Shown here in pieces: positions 10,128 through 18,458 of a stretch of 64,000 bases of DNA. Under the pieces are notes generated by a model. It was not told the origin of the DNA and did not search any database. It saw only the letters and a list, made by a program, of their open reading frames with translations. The translations under genes and the position numbers were made by a program. This stretch comes from Spirochaetaceae bacterium (GTDB taxonomy: Bacteria; Spirochaetota; Spirochaetia; DSM-2461): contig JBNAIG010000018.1 in NCBI GenBank assembly GCA_050031985.1, positions 28,781 through 92,780 of the forward strand, in the 5' to 3' direction. The stretch's first letter is position 1; the number at the start of each line of letters is the position of its first letter.

Positions 10128-11630
10128 TTACATCAGTTTGTTTCTAATCTCCGCACTTACGTAGTCCAGAATGGCTACGGTTACGGCAATGAACCAGACC
10201 GCAATACCGGCGCTCCGATAGTCGAGAAGCCGGATGTACTGTACCAGCAAGAACCCGATACCACCGCCTCCAACCATACCGATTACCGTAGACATACGCA
10301 CATTGATGTCCCAGCGGTAGATGGAAAAGGAGATGAAGGGCGATATCATCTGAGGGATGACCGCAAACATGATGGTCTGAAGCCGACTGGCCCCGGTGGC
10401 CTGAATCGCTTCGATCGGCCCCTGGTCAATGCCTTCAATCGCTTCGGAGTAGAGCTTACCCAGAGCAGCGATAGTATGAAGGGTGAGGGCAACGATACCC
10501 GCAAAGGGGCCCAACCCTACCCAGACAACCGCAATGAGTGCCCAAATAAGGGGTTCGATACTTCGCACGATATTCAGGATAGTTCGGGTCAGGTAGTAGA
10601 AAAACATGGTGACCTTTGAACCGGCCATAATATTACGGGCCGCAAGGAAGCTAATGGGTATGGAGAAGATAATACCGAATACGGTAGCCATCATTCCCAT
10701 AAAGATGGTCTCCACCATTCTGTCTATCGTCTGAAGGAGAGCCTCACTGGCTTTTAAGGGACCAACCGGTGTAATCTGGCGGGCCTCCAGGGTGTGATAG
10801 AAAGGGCCTTTCGCGCTGGGGGGAGTCAGCTGGTAGGGCATGGTCATCTCAAACTCAAAGCTTCCCTGACTGTCGGTGGTCAGAATAAGGTACTGGCCGT
10901 TTTCCCGGGGGCGGAATTCGTTTCCAATGGGGTCTTCCCACCAAATCTCCGTTTCCCTATTGGGCTCAAAACCACTTCCGCTTACCTTTATCCGGGTTCC
11001 GGGAACCATTTGGTTGTTTTTGTCGCGCTGGGAAAGTTCGCCAAAGTTCGGCTCACTCATGATATACGGCTGCCCTTCTGCTACAGTTTCCCTTACGGGA
11101 GCCTCGCCCTCACCGGCCAGAATCATGGCCTTGGCATCAAGAACTTCCGTGTCCCGTTCGAAGGCCGCATCCCAGGGCCACATGATACGGGAGAGGGGAG
11201 GAAGGGCTTCGGGTGCCTGTTTTACCATCTTTACCAGATCGATTTCGGAAATCTGCCATCCCTGGATAAAAAAGCCTATGAGGATTAGGGCAAATATTCC
11301 TGTGGAGGGTTTCTTTTTATCTTTGGCGCAGCGGTAGGCATCATAGATCCCCAGAAGCCAGAGAGCCAAAAGAATAAGAGAGGCCATAACCATAAAGGCC
11401 GGTCTTCGCTCAAAGGCGCGTACCAGAGCGGGCCAACCAACGCCTGCGCGGCGGCCCAAATCGGCGGCCAGGCTGTGGAGAATGGCTGTCATGGTTATAA
11501 AGGAGAGGAGAATGAGAAAACCCCGGCGGATTTGACGGGCCAGAGCCTGTCCCAGGCCGGGAACGACGAGGGAGGCCGCAGCGGCAAGAACCGAAGGAAC
11601 CTTAACGTTTATTTCTTTGTCCTGGCTCAT
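10128..11630 (-). CDS. phnE: Phosphonate ABC transporter permease PhnE with about 230-aa N-terminal extension
   Basis: The C-terminal about 270 aa carry the PhnE permease signature (EAIEGIDQGPIEAIQATGASRLQTIMFAVIPQ). The N-terminal half adds TM helices plus an about 150-aa soluble domain. Overlaps phnC by 4 nt. Confidence 0.8.
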   Translation of the reverse strand: MSQDKEINVKVPSVLAAAASLVVPGLGQALARQIRRGFLILLSFITMTAILHSLAADLGRRAGVGWPALVRAFERRPAFMVMASLILLALWLLGIYDAYRCAKDKKKPSTGIFALILIGFFIQGWQISEIDLVKMVKQAPEALPPLSRIMWPWDAAFERDTEVLDAKAMILAGEGEAPVRETVAEGQPYIMSEPNFGELSQRDKNNQMVPGTRIKVSGSGFEPNRETEIWWEDPIGNEFRPRENGQYLILTTDSQGSFEFEMTMPYQLTPPSAKGPFYHTLEARQITPVGPLKASEALLQTIDRMVETIFMGMMATVFGIIFSIPISFLAARNIMAGSKVTMFFYYLTRTILNIVRSIEPLIWALIAVVWVGLGPFAGIVALTLHTIAALGKLYSEAIEGIDQGPIEAIQATGASRLQTIMFAVIPQMISPFISFSIYRWDINVRMSTVIGMVGGGGIGFLLVQYIRLLDYRSAGIAVWFIAVTVAILDYVSAEIRNKLM

Positions 11631-12418
11631 GCCTTACCCCCTGTAATGGACGGACCGGCACTTACCCGCTCCGCCTCTTCTCCGTAAATTTCTTTAAATT
11701 CTTCATCGGTCATATTGCGAATGTCTTCGCCCGTACCCCGGTAAACCACCTTACCGTCTCGCAGGCCGATAACACGGGTGGCGTAGCGCTGTACCAGGTC
11801 CAGGTAATGGAGGCTGCAGATAACGGTAATACCGTCTTCTTTATTCAGTTTTTCCAGGTCTCCCAGGATGGTGTGGGCCAGAACCGGATCCAGACTGGCT
11901 ACCGGTTCGTCGGCCAGAATAATATCGGGCTCCTGCATGAGGGTACGGGCAATCCCGACTCGCTGCTGCTGCCCTCCGGAGAGTTCGCTGGCCCGTTTCT
12001 GGGCCTGTTCGGTCAAGCCGACTCTGTCCAGGGCAGCTATAGCCTTATCCCTGTCTTCTTTAGAAAAGCGATATGTCATTCCCTTCCAGTTATCCATATA
12101 GCCCAGACGGCCGGAAAGGACGTTATTCATTACGGAAAGCCGCTTTACCAGGTTAAAATGCTGGAAGACCATGCCGATTTTTCGGCGGATGGGGCGGAGC
12201 TCTTTGGGGCTCAAAGCGGCGATATCGGTCCCGTTCCAGAGGATTTCTCCTCCCGTGGGATCGAGCAGTCGATTGGTACAGCGGAGTAGAGTGGATTTTC
12301 CCGATCCGGATAGACCGATGATTACCAGGAATTCTCCCTCTTCCACGTCAAAACTGACACCCTTCAAAGCCTGGGTGCCGTCATCGTAGGTTTTTGTCAG
12401 ATTCTTGAATTGGAGCAA
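11627..12418 (-). CDS. phnC: Phosphonate ABC transporter ATP-binding protein PhnC
   Basis: Walker A GLSGSGKST, ABC signature [15 protein letters not shown], Walker B ILADEP. Sits between phnD and phnE. Confidence 0.85.
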   Translation of the reverse strand: MLQFKNLTKTYDDGTQALKGVSFDVEEGEFLVIIGLSGSGKSTLLRCTNRLLDPTGGEILWNGTDIAALSPKELRPIRRKIGMVFQHFNLVKRLSVMNNVLSGRLGYMDNWKGMTYRFSKEDRDKAIAALDRVGLTEQAQKRASELSGGQQQRVGIARTLMQEPDIILADEPVASLDPVLAHTILGDLEKLNKEDGITVICSLHYLDLVQRYATRVIGLRDGKVVYRGTGEDIRNMTDEEFKEIYGEEAERVSAGPSITGGKA

Positions 12419-12500
12419 ATGAATGCCTCCTTACTTTTTTTATAAACGGAAAAACCCCTTCCCGGTAAATTCCGGAAAGGGGTTCGGTATTAAGCTATAA

Positions 12501-13403
12501 TTATTCGCCCATCAGGCTGGCGGCGTCAACACCGGCGGCCTGGAGAACCTGACGGAAAGGATCGTAAAAATCGTCCTGATGTCTTTCAAGTTCTTCCCAG
12601 GAGTAAGCCTTGTTAAGAGCTTCAACGCCCTCTTCATCGGCAGCGATTTCAAGAATAGCGTTGATGAGCTTTTCTCTTACATCTTCGGGAACGCTGGGGT
12701 GGAACTGCACACCGTCGTTGGGAATGGGAGCGGATACTTCAATTACCACAACCTTGTCCATTACGTCGGGATAGTCTTCCTGAATTCTGGTACGGGCGTC
12801 TACATAAGTAGCACCGGCATCAACATCACCGTTGTATACGGCGGTAACAACACCGGAGTGACCGCCGGCATCGATGATTTCGGTAAGGTCAGAAGCGGGG
12901 TCGATTCCGTTGGCTCTCATGGTAAGGGAGGGGATAATCCAACCGGAGGTAGAGAGGGGGTCGGGACGACCAAAGGTTTTACCGGCCAGGTCGGCGAGAG
13001 AGGTAATTCCCGTATCGGCCCCGGCAATGATCTGACCGTCGTAGAAGGGACGGCCGTAGCGTACGCTAATCAGTTCCGCTTCGGCAACACCGCGGTCGGC
13101 GGCAACTACGTAGGCAAAGGTAGCCAGAGACGCCATGTGGGCGCTGGGGGGATTACTGGAGAGAGCTTCAATAACTCCCGCATATTCGGTAGCGACACTG
13201 GCTTCAACAACCAGGCCGGTTCTTTCATAAATCATGTCGGCAACAATTTCACCACCGGCTGCAATGTCCTGGGTGTCGTTGGAAGGAACGAAGGACCAGA
13301 TAATGGGGTTGTCTTCGGTTCCCAATTCAGCTTCCTGCGATCCTTCTGCAAAAAGAGCAGCGGAAAGCGTAAAAGCAATCAGCAAAAATAATAGTTTCTT
13401 CAC
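12501..13403 (-). CDS. phnD: Phosphate/phosphite/phosphonate ABC transporter substrate-binding protein PhnD
   Basis: The ORF track gives 12501..13430 (GTG start). The more likely start is GTG at 13403 (MKKLLFLLIAFTLSAALFA signal peptide), preceded by AGGAGG. Periplasmic binding protein fold motifs are present. Confidence 0.8.
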   Translation of the reverse strand: MKKLLFLLIAFTLSAALFAEGSQEAELGTEDNPIIWSFVPSNDTQDIAAGGEIVADMIYERTGLVVEASVATEYAGVIEALSSNPPSAHMASLATFAYVVAADRGVAEAELISVRYGRPFYDGQIIAGADTGITSLADLAGKTFGRPDPLSTSGWIIPSLTMRANGIDPASDLTEIIDAGGHSGVVTAVYNGDVDAGATYVDARTRIQEDYPDVMDKVVVIEVSAPIPNDGVQFHPSVPEDVREKLINAILEIAADEEGVEALNKAYSWEELERHQDDFYDPFRQVLQAAGVDAASLMGE

Positions 13404-13520
13404 GGCAAATGCCTCCTTATTGTGTCCCACAATTATGAATGATTTGTTAGAACAGGAAAAGTAATTATTGCCTTTTAAATCGTTTTTTTACTAAAAAAAA
13501 GGAAAAAATACCCCTTTTAA

Positions 13521-14423
13521 CTAGGGTTTACCTTTGGATGAGTTATCCGATTCCGTTAATTCTATGTCCGGGTAGAGTTCACTTATGCAGTCAGGGCAGA
13601 GCCCATGGGAGAATTGAAGGTCCGAATAGCGGCTCATATAGGTTTCTACCTGGTTCCAGTACCCCTTGTCATCACGGATTCTTTTACAGTGGGAGCAGAT
13701 GGGAAGTATTCCCTGAAGTGTTTTTACCTCATCTAGAGCCTCCTGCATTTTAGTCATGTGAAGGAAATTTTGTCTTCTGACAGATGTGATGTTTTTGTGG
13801 AGGGCAAGAAAGATTATATAGTAGACAATCCCCGGGAGAAAGTAGGAGAAGGGGAGGTGGTTATACAGGTATAATTTCATATATGTGGCCAGAAGAAGGA
13901 GCAGAACGTAGGAGGAGAGAATCAGGTAATGCTTTTGCGAAAGCCAGAGGAAGGTTGATATTGACATAAGGGAAAAAATGTACAAAGCCAATTCTTGGCC
14001 GTAATGGAGGTCCAAATAGGAGAGAGCCATTGACTCGGTATAAAGGATAAGGAGGAAAAGAAAGATATGCCTATTATTTACGGTATTTCTCGCTCCTTTT
14101 ATCCTAAAAAAAATATAGAACAACAGGTTTGTAATGGTTAGGAGAAAAAAAATAAGGATGTAATAGGGGGTAAATTGATCGGCTATGCCGGTTTTGGGCG
14201 AGAAAATATTCTGAAGAATGAAGGCGGGAGATATGGCAGCAAAGAGCACGTTAACAATACGGCAGGTTTTTGTGTTGAACCGGATTCTTTCTTCTTTAAG
14301 AAGGTCTTTATCTTCCGGGTTTAATTGTTTGACTGCATCTTTTGAAAGTGAGAAGCCCATAAAATGATTATAGTTTCTTTGTAAGTAAATGGCCAATATT
14401 TTTTTCTTTCCAATTCCTCCCAT
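13521..14423 (-). CDS. Polytopic membrane protein with a short cytoplasmic coiled coil and a C-terminal 4-Cys (CxxC...CPxC) module; putative sensor or signalling protein
   Basis: About 7 hydrophobic helices, then LQGILPICSHCKRIRDDKGYWNQVETYMSRYSDLQFSHGLCPDCISELYP. The same module is found at the C-terminus of CDS 41374..42795. Last gene of the Tat/flavoprotein operon. Confidence 0.5.
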   Translation of the reverse strand: MGGIGKKKILAIYLQRNYNHFMGFSLSKDAVKQLNPEDKDLLKEERIRFNTKTCRIVNVLFAAISPAFILQNIFSPKTGIADQFTPYYILIFFLLTITNLLFYIFFRIKGARNTVNNRHIFLFLLILYTESMALSYLDLHYGQELALYIFSLMSISTFLWLSQKHYLILSSYVLLLLLATYMKLYLYNHLPFSYFLPGIVYYIIFLALHKNITSVRRQNFLHMTKMQEALDEVKTLQGILPICSHCKRIRDDKGYWNQVETYMSRYSDLQFSHGLCPDCISELYPDIELTESDNSSKGKP

Positions 14424-14466
14424 AGGGGTGAACCGGAAAGAGGTAGGGGCAATTTGTTAGTTTTCT

Positions 14467-15150
14467 TTACTTCTTCTTAAAGGCCCAGGAGAACTTCAAC
14501 GTTCCCTTAACAGGACAAGCGGCAATGCACTCCATACAGTTAATGCATTGGGCATTTCTTACTGCCGGGCGAGTGGAAATCTCTATCTGGGAGGGGCATT
14601 TTATGTCACACTTTTTACAGGAGACGCATTTTTCTTCATCCCGGGTGATGGTGAAAAGCCGGGCCAGACTGAAAACCCCGTAACGGGCTCCTTCGGGGCA
14701 GAAATAACGGCAGAAGGGTCTGTCTATGAAAAGGGAAAGGCCCAGGAAGGTACCAAGAAGAATCCAGGCCGTTTTGCTTATGTAGCTCATATTCTGGTCT
14801 ACGATTCCCATGAAAGAGGCAAAGGGGCTTTGGATCAAAAGAACCAGAGCCAGTCCCAGGAAGGATAGGCCAAAAAGAATATAGCGTAAGAGATTTACCC
14901 ATTTGGCCACTTTGGCAGGGAGCCGGAGCCGGGGGAGGCGAAGGAGACGGCCCAGTTTTCCCAGCCACTCCTGGGCAAAGCCGAAGGGGCAGAGCCATCC
15001 GCAAAACCAGGCTCCTCCCAGTAGAGTGGCACTGAGTAGAATAATCATATAGGCCAGGTTTTTGCTCATATAACCTTTGACGAGCAATACTGCGTAGGCG
15101 ATGGGCGTGAGGGCCCGGACTATCCGATACCATGTGAGTTTTTTTAACAT
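14467..15150 (-). CDS. NapH/MauN-like membrane-bound 4Fe-4S ferredoxin-type protein
   Basis: TM helices with CGWLCPFG and FCRYFCPEG motifs, plus two ferredoxin motifs CVSCKKCDIKCP and CINCMECIAACP. Confidence 0.75.
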   Translation of the reverse strand: MLKKLTWYRIVRALTPIAYAVLLVKGYMSKNLAYMIILLSATLLGGAWFCGWLCPFGFAQEWLGKLGRLLRLPRLRLPAKVAKWVNLLRYILFGLSFLGLALVLLIQSPFASFMGIVDQNMSYISKTAWILLGTFLGLSLFIDRPFCRYFCPEGARYGVFSLARLFTITRDEEKCVSCKKCDIKCPSQIEISTRPAVRNAQCINCMECIAACPVKGTLKFSWAFKKK

Positions 15151-15163
15151 TTTGTGCTCCTGT

Positions 15164-15337
15164 TTAGGCTTTTGTCTCTTCGTCGGCCTGGGCTTTCATA
15201 TCCCGGGCTTCTTTCATTCCCTGGTCGAATTCCTGACGGGCCTTACCTATATTTCGAGCAAATTTGGGGAGAGCCGAGGCTCCAAAGAGGAGAACTACTA
15301 CTCCGCTGATTACCAATACTTCTGTTGTTCCTATCAT
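15164..15337 (-). CDS. tatA: Twin-arginine translocase TatA/E family protein (second paralog, 57 aa)
   Basis: Not in the ORF track (under 60 aa). Translation MIGTTEVLVISGVVVLLFGASALPKFARNIGKARQEFDQGMKEARDMKAQADEETKA has the single TM followed by the FG..LP..R.GKA..EF amphipathic helix signature of TatA. Confidence 0.6.
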   Translation of the reverse strand: MIGTTEVLVISGVVVLLFGASALPKFARNIGKARQEFDQGMKEARDMKAQADEETKA

Positions 15338-15553
15338 CTATTTCTCCTTGTCTTCTTTCTCATCCAGTTCGGTGAGATATTTTACTTCATTTTCAAATTG
15401 ACCGTAAGTCTTTCTTACTCCGTTAATTTCCCGCATAATCGTGGCGTAGACTTTTCCCAGTTTCCTGACGATTCGGGGCATCTCCTTGGGGTTTATCAAA
15501 ACCAGGGCGACTATGACAATGACGATGATTTCCGAGGTTCCCAGTCCGAACAT
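15338..15553 (-). CDS. tatA: Twin-arginine translocase TatA/E family protein
   Basis: MFGLGTSEIIVIVIVALVLINPKEMPRIVRKLGKVYATIMREINGV is a TatA-like N-terminal TM plus amphipathic helix. Overlaps the 3' end of tatC. Confidence 0.7.
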   Translation of the reverse strand: MFGLGTSEIIVIVIVALVLINPKEMPRIVRKLGKVYATIMREINGVRKTYGQFENEVKYLTELDEKEDKEK

Positions 15554-16296
15554 TTGTCTTCTCCAAAGCGGAATATTTTCGCAATAATCAGGGTGAGATA
15601 GTAAAGCACTGTCATGGGCAGGGCCAGACCGATTTGGGTTATGAAATCGGGTGGGGTAAGTAGGGCGGCCACAAGGAAAAACAGCACTATCACATATCGT
15701 CCGAATTTAAAGAGGGCTTTCCTCTTGAGTATATTCATCATAAGAAGGATTTCCAGAACGATGGGCAGCTGGAAAACCAAAAGGGTAAGCAGAATGAACT
15801 GGAGAATATAAAAAATATTCCCGCTAAAGTTTAAAAGCATACCCGTGTTATGGGGAATGAACCCCTGTCCCGTTAAAAATACCACCGAAACGGGAATAAT
15901 GGTGCTGTAGCTATAGAAGAAGCTGCCCAGTACCAGAAGTAGACTGCAAAGCAGGGTAATCAGGAGAATCTGTTTTTCCTTCTTTACCAGCCCGGGAAGT
16001 ACAAAGGAGAGGGTGTTAAAAAGGTGAATGGGGCTGGAGATAATCAGCCCGGCCAGGGCGGAAATCTTGAGCCTTACCAAAAAACCCTCTGCCAGAGTTG
16101 TAATATAGAGGATCTCTCCGTTCTCCGAGGCTGTAAGCCCCTGGAGGGGGACGGAGAGAAACTCTATAATTCTCTCGTAGAAGGGGAGGGCCAGGAAAAA
16201 TCCCAGCCCCAGGGCTACCGCCGATATAATCAGGCAGCGGCGCAACTCCTTCAAATGGGAGAAAATGGGCATGTTCGCTTCGGCGGAACTCATCAT
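15511..16296 (-). CDS. tatC: Twin-arginine translocase subunit TatC
   Basis: 261 aa with 6 TM helices. N-terminal PIFSHLKELRRCLIISAVALGLGFFLALPF matches the TatC N-terminal consensus (hL.ELR.RL). Start abuts the stop of the upstream flavoprotein gene. Confidence 0.85.
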   Translation of the reverse strand: MMSSAEANMPIFSHLKELRRCLIISAVALGLGFFLALPFYERIIEFLSVPLQGLTASENGEILYITTLAEGFLVRLKISALAGLIISSPIHLFNTLSFVLPGLVKKEKQILLITLLCSLLLVLGSFFYSYSTIIPVSVVFLTGQGFIPHNTGMLLNFSGNIFYILQFILLTLLVFQLPIVLEILLMMNILKRKALFKFGRYVIVLFFLVAALLTPPDFITQIGLALPMTVLYYLTLIIAKIFRFGEDKCSDWEPRKSSSLS

Positions 16297-18081
16297 TTAA
16301 ACGGGCCAGCTCCCAAAGGGCTGCTTCTCAAACTGCATTTCCCCGTTCTCGTCCCGGTAAATATTGAGCCAGGCTTCCCAATTGTCGTAGTCTACTTCCG
16401 GGTAGTCCAGACGGTAGTGGGAACAGCGGCTTTCGGTCCGTGTCAGGGAGGCTTTGAGTTTCATCTCCGCATTTACGATCATATGGGCCGTTTCGTGGGC
16501 CAGTCTAAGTTCGTGAAGGTTCGCCGCCTTAAGCATGGGAGTGTGATGGTCCCGCAGCTCTTCCACATAGGCCAAAGCTGCTTTTAAGAGGCTCTCTTTT
16601 TTGATGTAGAGAACAAAGTTGGGAATGATCACGCTCTGGAGTGTCTGGGTTACCCAGGCGGGGCTGTAGCCCGAATCCTGATTGAGGGGGGCCAGTATCT
16701 CCTCTTTTATCTCTTTTATCCGACCGTTGCTGATGTTCTTTTGTGAGACCTTTTTACAGTAGGCTGCCGCCGCTTCCGAGGCTATGGCCCCCTGTACGGC
16801 TGAACCGGTGAGGGAAGAGCCTACCTGGGTATAAATGGTTCCCGCCATATAGGAACCCAGGGCATCTCCCGCAGCATAAAGGCCGGGAATGGTGGATTCG
16901 CAGTTTTCATTAATCGGTACAATCCCTTCGGACTTGTGAATCGCCAGTCCCGCAGAGGCTCCGCCGGAGGAGTTGGCGTTCATGCCGGGCCCGCCCCCTT
17001 CTCCGCCGTCTTTTCCTCCCGGGGGAGGTCCCTGTCTGTTATCATCGCCTCCGGGGGGAGGTCCTTGTCTATTATCGTCACCGCCGGGAGGAGGTCCCAT
17101 GGGACCGTCATCGCCGCCTTTCATGGCGGGCATACCAAAGCCTTCCGGTACATAGGGTCCCCCTTCGGCCATTTCTCCGCCGGGCCCCATCTGTACGGGA
17201 GGTCCGTTCACATAGGCGGTGTAGTTCATATCCACACCCAGGTCGTGATGGATTTCCATACCCGTGGTGGAGGGCTTCATGGCAAACATGCCGTGCCAGC
17301 CGTTGTAGCAGTCGGCGGGATTTTCCATAGAGCCCGAATGGCCGTCGTTCCACTCTTTTCCCGTAATTTTGGCGCCGATTTTATAGGCCATAACAGAACC
17401 GTCATGGGTTAGGTCGCAGATGGGGAATCCGTTGGGCTTGAAGCCCCCCGCTCCGGTACAGAGAACAACAGATTTTGCCTTGAAAATATGAATCTTCTCG
17501 TCGTCATAGCTAAATCCGGCAGCACCTGCGATTCTTCCGTCCTCTTTTATAAGGTGAGTTATCATAACCCGCTCTACCACGGGAATATCTCTTTCGTATA
17601 TGGGTGTGGCGAAGGAGTCGTAGCAGAGGGCCGAGTCAAAGAACCCCCACTCTCTCAGTTCGTCCACCCGGGCTTTGGAGTTTTCCACCATCTGTTTGGT
17701 AAAGACTCTGTTATTGGTATTGATTGCCGAGGCGGCGATCTGGTCCAGGTATTCATCCAGGTCCATTCGGGCCGATTTGGGGTCGTAACTGAACATTCCC
17801 TTGGCAAAAGGAGTTTGTCCGGAAGTCCCCAGGCGGCCTTTCACCACCATGGTGACCTTGGCTCCCGCATCGTGGCCCTTCACTGCTGCGAAAAGTCCCG
17901 CCATGCCTCCGCCGATTACCAGGATATCAGTCTCCTGTTCTTTAACCTTCATGTTGGCCGGGTCGATCTCCCGCTCGTTTTTAGGCAGGTCGAACTTTAC
18001 ACCTGAAGCGGCCAATGCCGCCGCACCAATGACTCCGCCGGAGAGTCCCAGAAATTGACGGCGTGATATATTTGTTCCCAT
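16297..18081 (-). CDS. Tat-signal FAD-dependent oxidoreductase (fumarate reductase/succinate dehydrogenase flavoprotein-like, FAD_binding_2) with an internal Pro/Gly-rich tandem-repeat insertion
   Basis: Twin-arginine signal MGTNISRRQFLGLSGGVIGAAALAASG. Dinucleotide-binding fold DILVIGGGMAGLFAAVKG. C-terminal region resembles the flavoprotein-subunit C-terminus. Insertion PMGPPPGGDDNRQGPPPGGDDNRQGPPPGG. Confidence 0.8.
   Translation of the reverse strand: MGTNISRRQFLGLSGGVIGAAALAASGVKFDLPKNEREIDPANMKVKEQETDILVIGGGMAGLFAAVKGHDAGAKVTMVVKGRLGTSGQTPFAKGMFSYDPKSARMDLDEYLDQIAASAINTNNRVFTKQMVENSKARVDELREWGFFDSALCYDSFATPIYERDIPVVERVMITHLIKEDGRIAGAAGFSYDDEKIHIFKAKSVVLCTGAGGFKPNGFPICDLTHDGSVMAYKIGAKITGKEWNDGHSGSMENPADCYNGWHGMFAMKPSTTGMEIHHDLGVDMNYTAYVNGPPVQMGPGGEMAEGGPYVPEGFGMPAMKGGDDGPMGPPPGGDDNRQGPPPGGDDNRQGPPPGGKDGGEGGGPGMNANSSGGASAGLAIHKSEGIVPINENCESTIPGLYAAGDALGSYMAGTIYTQVGSSLTGSAVQGAIASEAAAAYCKKVSQKNISNGRIKEIKEEILAPLNQDSGYSPAWVTQTLQSVIIPNFVLYIKKESLLKAALAYVEELRDHHTPMLKAANLHELRLAHETAHMIVNAEMKLKASLTRTESRCSHYRLDYPEVDYDNWEAWLNIYRDENGEMQFEKQPFGSWPV
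17021..17118. repeat. Imperfect 33-nt tandem repeat (about 3 copies) inside the flavoprotein gene
   Basis: gggggaggtccctgtctgttatcatcgcctcc / ggggggaggtccttgtctattatcgtcaccgcc / gggaggaggtcccatgggaccgtcatcgccgcc. Encodes (GPPPGGDDNRQ)n. Confidence 0.7.
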
Positions 18082-18093
18082 TCTAATCTCCTC

Positions 18094-18306
18094 CTAGCCC
18101 CAGGATACCACTACGGGTATCGATTTATCCGGTGAAATGGTAATAGCGTCCACCGGGCAGTAGAGCCGGCAGAGGTGACAGATTTGACAGTCCTCGGGGT
18201 AGGCGATGTAGGCCTTACCGTTAGGCTTGAGTTGTATCACATCGGTGGGGCAGGTTAGTTTACAGGTCCCGCAGCCAATGCAGCCGTAAATACTTTTAAT
18301 AGCCAT
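18094..18306 (-). CDS. 2x[4Fe-4S] ferredoxin (70 aa)
   Basis: CIGCGTCKLTCP and CQICHLCRLYCP cluster motifs. No signal peptide. First gene of the operon, 12 nt upstream of the Tat-flavoprotein gene. Confidence 0.8.
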   Translation of the reverse strand: MAIKSIYGCIGCGTCKLTCPTDVIQLKPNGKAYIAYPEDCQICHLCRLYCPVDAITISPDKSIPVVVSWG

Positions 18307-18458
18307 AGAAGCTCCTTCTTATACCACAAGTATAGTTGAAAGAGGGGATATGTGAACAAGCAGAAGTGAATATTATGTCAACTTAAGGTTGTCCATTCCG
18401 TCTTTCCTCCGTCAGGATGCCCCCATTATGCCTATTCGGAAAATCTATTCGTCTTAAT

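Noticed and set aside
10794-11337. Two overlapping plus-strand ORFs of 153-164 aa
   Set aside because: Antisense to phnE. No motifs.
16936-17412. Plus-strand ORFs inside the flavoprotein gene, including a PPSPP-rich one
   Set aside because: They are mirror translations of the Pro/Gly-repeat region, antisense to a gene with clear FAD-binding motifs.
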